64,000 nt of DNA, from NCBI GenBank assembly GCA_964016885.1, contig OZ024748.1:4464001-4528000 (forward strand), given 5' to 3'. Position numbers and translations under genes: made by a program. The stretch comes from Eledone cirrhosa. Its lineage: Eukaryota. Under the pieces are notes generated by a model, which had not been told where the DNA came from, made no database searches, and saw only the letters and a program-made list of their open reading frames with translations. Below are positions 57,287 to 64,000 of the stretch, piece after piece (the stretch's first letter is position 1; each line of letters begins with the position of its first letter).

Positions 57287-57758
57287 GCATGTGTCTTTGT
57301 GTATGTATGTGTGTGTTTGGTTGGTGGACCACGATTAAATGGACGCTTGAACTTTTCCTTATATATTTTTCTTTACTTTACTTTACTTTTACTTTTAACG
57401 TTTTTTCGAAACAACGCCAACGACGGCGAGATAAAGATCGCTATAGAATCATGGAATCCTGATAATATAGAAGGAAGGTGTAAGATGTTACCGTATACTA
57501 CCAGCTACTAGTAGAGGACAGCAGAATACATGACAACCTATAAAGAAAGGCCAAAAGAAAATAATGACTTCTTTCCCTTTGCTGGGTTACAGAGACTTGA
57601 CACCGACAAGATCTCACCATCAGGATTTGATAAAGATATTTCGAAAGCTATTAATCAAAAACAAAAAAACAAATAGTTATAAAGGAAACAAAAATACAAG
57701 TACAGAGTCATATACACACACACATACATACACACATAAAAACACACAAAAACATACA

Positions 57759-57833
<75 letters not shown>

Positions 57834-58034
57834 ATATATACTCAAATCTTTCCGGTACCATATTCGGTTTTTTAAATCATTAGTAAGCAGAAATAAATAG
57901 ATAGCACACACTCACACATAGGAATACACATACACATATACACAGACAAACGTATACACACACACACACACATACATATATACCAATATATACATATATA
58001 TATATATATATATGTTTATATAATTTGATATATA

Positions 58035-58351
<317 letters not shown>

Positions 58352-58469
58352 CCACACACACACACACCCACACACACACACACACCACACCACACCACTC
58401 CACACCACACACATATATATCAAATTAAGTGTAGTTATGACAGTGTTACTTCAGAATAATAACTTTATT

Positions 58470-58520
58470 GCATGATATATATTTCTGTTACATGTCTATG
58501 CATGTGACTTCATCAGATGC
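58470..58520 (-). ncRNA. minimal type I hammerhead ribozyme within a 58425-58700 Penelope-like fragment
   Basis: GCAU CUGAUGA A GUCACAUG CAUAGA CAUGUAAC A GAAA U AUAU A UC|AUGC AAUAAA. Confidence 0.75.
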
Positions 58521-58715
58521 CTATGCAATCATAAGTGTAGTTATGTAATCGTGAGGACATGTCGCTGGTCATATTTTACCATCTAGTTGTGATACCAGCA
58601 GACATATCTACTAGCATCACAGCCTACAAAGTTAGGGGAGAGTGAGTCGAGTAAGAAACGGAAACAATATTTTTGGAGAAAAAGCACGTGTTAGTTAGGT
58701 GTGTGTGTATGTGTA

Positions 58716-58759
<44 letters not shown>

Positions 58760-59045
58760 TGTGTGTGCGTGTGTGTGTCCACTTACCTATCTATCTATAA
58801 TTTATCTATAAACAGCTAAAAAGAATTGTTCTACGAAGAACGTGTCGAAGCATCCACGTGCTATATCTGAAAGATACAAATGCCTGGCATGAAAAGACAT
58901 ACGTGACATATACACAAATATCGAAGATACGGTGGAAAAAACCAAGATAATGCTTTATATATATATGTTTAAATATATTTAAATATATATATATATATAC
59001 ATAAATGCATACGTATATACATACACGCACATATGAATATACACA

Positions 59046-59132
<87 letters not shown>

Positions 59133-59261
59133 TTATCTATCTCTCTCTCTCTCTATATATATATACATAAATAACTATAAATAGTTATGTGTGTATATAC
59201 ATCTATCTATCTATCTATCTATCAATCTATCTATCTATCTATCTAGCTATCTCTCTCTCTC

Positions 59262-59342
<81 letters not shown>

Positions 59343-59515
59343 TATTTCCATAGAAAAGTTAAAGGAAGGAAGAGGGCTCTATGTATAATACAGAGCTATT
59401 TAATTATGTAAAAAACAACACAATATAATTATTCCATTTACCAAAGGTTTTCACGAAGACAGGCGACCTCAACAGAGGTGTCCGAAGTCGTTAATCAGAA
59501 AGGAAAATTTAATAT

Positions 59516-59605
<90 letters not shown>

Positions 59606-59608
59606 AAT

Positions 59609-59669
<61 letters not shown>

Positions 59670-60166
59670 GAGATAATAGTTTTATAAAAGTAAGGGTGGA
59701 GATTATTAAAGAATAAAGAGAAAATTTGAAACACATTCTAACATGCAGGTGTGTTTTGTCTTTTTGTGTTTAGGTACATAAATCAATATATATATATATT
59801 GGGGAAGTATTGTTTTTGGTTCTGGATATTTTCTCTTTTCCACTTGTTACACACACACACTCTCTCTCTCTTTTTCTCTTTCTTTCTTTCTTCTCATACT
59901 CTAATTCTCTCTCTACCAATTTGTCTCTCTAAACTTGTCTCATATCCCATATCTATCTCAGGTTCTCTCTCTCTCTCTTTCTCTTTCACTCTCTCTCTCT
60001 CTATCTATCTATCTATTTGTCACTCTTCCCCAACTCAATGTCTGTCTCTCTTCCCCCTTTCTCTGTCTCTTTCTTCCACCCCGCTATCTCCCTGTCTCTC
60101 TCTCACACATTGTGTCTCTCTTTCTCACTCACGCTCTCCTTTTTGTTCCACATCTATCTATTTCAA

Positions 60167-60248
<82 letters not shown>

Positions 60249-60542
60249 ACTCTCTTCATCCTTTCAATTACCTGGAAAGAAATTATTACGCAATAAACGG
60301 CCATATTATATTAGCAGGTGAAAAAAAAATGAAAAAGTAAAAGAACAAACCATAAGAAGAAACAAAAAAAAACAAAAACACTTCCATTTATAAATATATC
60401 AAATAACAAGTCCCTTTGTTCCAGCAGACACCGATGGTGTTTGTTTGTTGTTGTTGTTATTGGTGTTGTGATTGTGTTTAAGTGAGGACAGTGTAAGGTT
60501 TTGTATAAAGAAGCTACTTAATAGCCAACAACAACAACAACA

Positions 60543-60726
60543 ATAATAATAGTTTCTGATTTCGGCACAAGTCAACAATTTTTGGGGGGAGAGGTACTTT
60601 ATTTTATCGACGCCGAAAAGATGAAAGGCAAAGCTAACCTTTGCAGGATTTGAACTCAGAACGTAAAGGGACATAACTATGCCACGAAGCATGGTGTCCG
60701 ACGCACTACTGATTCTGCCAATCCAC
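60543..60726 (-). mobile_element. SINE
   Basis: Core, B-box and head match. Confidence 0.8.
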
Positions 60727-61444
60727 ATAATCATTTCTTTATTGATCACAAGAGTTCACGCATACGAATTAATGTATGTATGTGCGTAAATTAAAAAAAT
60801 TAATCGTAAAATTATCTATTGCGACTTTCTTGTATTCCTTAATGTTTGCCGCTTCTTTTTGCCTGTTACGTCTCTATTGTCCAATCTAATTCATAACCTT
60901 GTACTCTTACACTTTTATTCTATTATTATACCTACACAGAACGTTATGCTAAAGTTCAAAGCAGAAAACTTCAAACGCAATAAAATCTGAGTATTGTAAA
61001 ACAAGAGAAGCGACACGTTTATTCATTACACCAATAATCCTGTATATTCGCCTTCACACGTATAAATAGTCTCTCTCTCTCCCTCTCTCTCTCTCTATCT
61101 ATCTCTCTCTTTCTGTCACCCCCTCTCTCTCACTCTGTTTCTCGCTCTCTCAAACACACACTCACCATATGACTATATATGTATATTTCCATATATATAT
61201 TCATGTATCGGTGTTTATATATATATATATATATAAACTATATATATAAAAACATATATATATATGTGTTTGTGTGTGTGTGTATTTGTCTGTGTGTCTG
61301 TGTGTGTCTGTGTGTGTGTGTGTGTGTCTGTGTGTGTGTCTGTGTGTGTGTGTGTGTGTCTGTGTGTGTGTGTGCTTTTTACTCCCTGTTAAAATTTCTT
61401 TGAAAAGTTAGATTTCCGATGGTGACTTTAGAAAAGAAAGATAA

Positions 61445-61635
61445 AATAATTGTTTCTACTTTTGGCACAAGGGGAGCAAATACCCAGTACATTACTGGTA
61501 CTTTATTTTATCGACCCCGTAAGGATGAAAGGCAAAGTTAACCTCGGTGGGATTTGAATTCAGATTGTAAAGGGACGTAACTATGCTAGAAAACATGGCG
61601 TCCAACCCTCTACCGATACTGCCAATTCACCGCCC
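61445..61635 (-). mobile_element. full-length SINE (short subfamily)
   Basis: Head GGGGCGGTG through tail. Confidence 0.85.
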
Positions 61636-62344
61636 CAAAACAAAGATAAAATAATATTATTTAATGGTTAAATATTTCGTCTGTTCTGTTTGTGGCTGTT
61701 TTATACCTCTCACCCACATCACTCTCCCCACCCTCTCTCTCTTTCTATCTCTCATCATACCTCTTGCTCCCACACTACTCTCTAGCCCCTCTCTCTCCTC
61801 TACCTCTATCCTCTTTCAACTCTCTCTCTCTCGTATCTACCTAATTCTACCCATCGTTTCTCTGTCTTTCCGTTGCTCTCTCTTTAACAATTTCTGATAA
61901 TATTTCTTTTATAACCACTCACCCCCCCTCCTTACACACATACTTATGGTAAATGATATTTGCTCAAGATAGTGAGCAGTGGGATTGAACCCGCGACCTA
62001 ACCATTGCCAACCAAAGCCCTTTGTTATGTGGTCTGGTTGCATCCACACGCACTATCCTCCCACAACACACACAATCCTCCCACACACATGAACAAAGCC
62101 CCACCCTCCACACACACACACGTGTGTATATCTCTTACCTTCATCTAATTACCGAAAACTGTAATGCCACTCATTAAAACAAAGTGCAGCAGTGACTGTA
62201 TTGTAGAGATAAAAGTGAAATTGAGGTAAACCTGTACGAATTTTATCGGGGGTAGATTTATACCTATTTTATGGCCTTTCAAGCGGGTATCACAGGGTGC
62301 AATGATATGCAATAGATCTTTGCACACACGCACACACACACACG

Positions 62345-62552
<208 letters not shown>

Positions 62553-62635
62553 TATGCATGTATGTATATATATATGCATATATATATATAGTTATAGGAA
62601 TAACCAAAGAGTGCTTAGAAATACATTGTTTTATT

Positions 62636-62682
62636 AACTAACGGTGTTTCATCCATACCCGATGACAGGAATCATCAGAGCC
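62636..62682 (-). ncRNA. minimal type I hammerhead ribozyme
   Basis: GGCU CUGAUGA U UCC..GGA U GAAA C ACC G UU|AGUU, then AAUAAAA and (TA)n. Confidence 0.6.
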
Positions 62683-63260
62683 TATAAACATGAGTATATC
62701 AGTAGTTGCATGCTCCATCGAGCTGCGTCACCAGAACAAGGTTAAATGACCAGCAGGGGGGTCCCGAGGCCAGCACTATATGGAAAAAGACAGAATACAT
62801 GATGCACATAGTGTCATAAAATGTCTTAAAAATTAAAAAATTAATAATTAAAAATTACACCAAAAATTGATCACCAAGGGCAATATATATGCATGTCTGA
62901 CACCAGTATTATCACCATCACCACCGCCACCACCAGAACAACAACAACACTTCAAAAAGACGTCAACAACAACAACAGTTAAAGCCATTTTAAATTAATG
63001 GTGGTTATATTATTATCCAACATCTGCCCAAGATGATGTACTCTGCTATATATCATTATTAGAATTTTACTTTAGAAGAAAATGATTAACAGTTGTTGTC
63101 TCTCTTTCTTTTTCACTGTCTCTCTCCGAGTATTATACACTTATATATATACTTATATACATGCTCATATGCGTATATATATATGAGTGTGTGTACATAT
63201 GTATATATATATATATATACATATATATCTATATCTATGTATATATATTTATATATGAAC

Positions 63261-63313
<53 letters not shown>

Positions 63314-63328
63314 TATATACACACACAT

Positions 63329-63432
<104 letters not shown>

Positions 63433-63485
63433 ATGAGTCTCTGGGTGAGGATTCACACACGTATACCTTTTTTCATGATAGTTAC

Positions 63486-63586
63486 CCCCCGTCACAGCAA
63501 ATTGTCGCTAAATACACTTGAAAATATGTCAACAATGAAATGACTCGTTTCAATTGAAACAAGATTAATTTTGATTTCATTTTCAT
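63486..63586 (-). CDS. candidate coding exon with signal-peptide-like N-terminus (unverified)
   Basis: Strong acceptor TTTTTTCTTCTGTTTCTTCTTTCAG (exon start 63594), open frame [33 protein letters not shown], donor GG|GTAACT. Confidence 0.25.
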
Positions 63587-63848
63587 GAGCAAAACTGAAA
63601 GAAGAAACAGAAGAAAAAAATTACTAGAGATCAGACTGAGCAAGAGAAAGAGTAGGGGGAGAAGGGTGTTTGTGAAGAAAGTGGGAGTAAATAGACTTTG
63701 ACTGAATAAATGACAAAACAACCATAAAATCGGGGTTTACTGTATAAAAACAACAATACACATAACAATACACACAACAATAATACATCAACAACAATAC
63801 AATCTACTTATATATGTTTATGTCTATCTGTCTATCTAGCTATCTATT

Positions 63849-63879
<31 letters not shown>

Positions 63880-63921
63880 CCATCCATCTCTCTCTCTCTC
63901 TAAATATATATATCTCTATGA

Positions 63922-63975
<54 letters not shown>

Positions 63976-64000
63976 TTATATATATATATATATATTTATT

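Overview
Eukaryotic, AT-rich, non-coding DNA dominated by microsatellites ((TA)n, (CA)n, (GA)n, (GATA)n, (TATG)n, (AAC)n, (CAC)n). The repeat content suggests an octopus/coleoid cephalopod intron or intergenic region; this is an inference. Almost all ORFs in the supplied track are microsatellite artefacts, and no intact gene is evident apart from a weak minus-strand candidate exon near 63.5 kb. Conventional repeats include about 25 copies or fragments of a tRNA-derived Meta-domain SINE (often head-to-tail), a 45-bp x 80 minisatellite, 3' remnants of RTE, RTE-X and Tx1-like LINEs, a hAT-Charlie remnant, a non-autonomous Helitron and a Tc2-like MITE. The most notable signal is a set of small non-coding elements, from several families of unrelated sequence, that share one architecture: (TA)n - short arm - fold-back centre - long arm plus a 30-90 nt unique tail - (TA)n. 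One fold-back family and three further unrelated short elements together carry 8 well-formed minimal type I hammerhead ribozymes, with additional degenerate ones elsewhere. This fits non-autonomous Penelope-like/retrozyme elements that target TA microsatellites.
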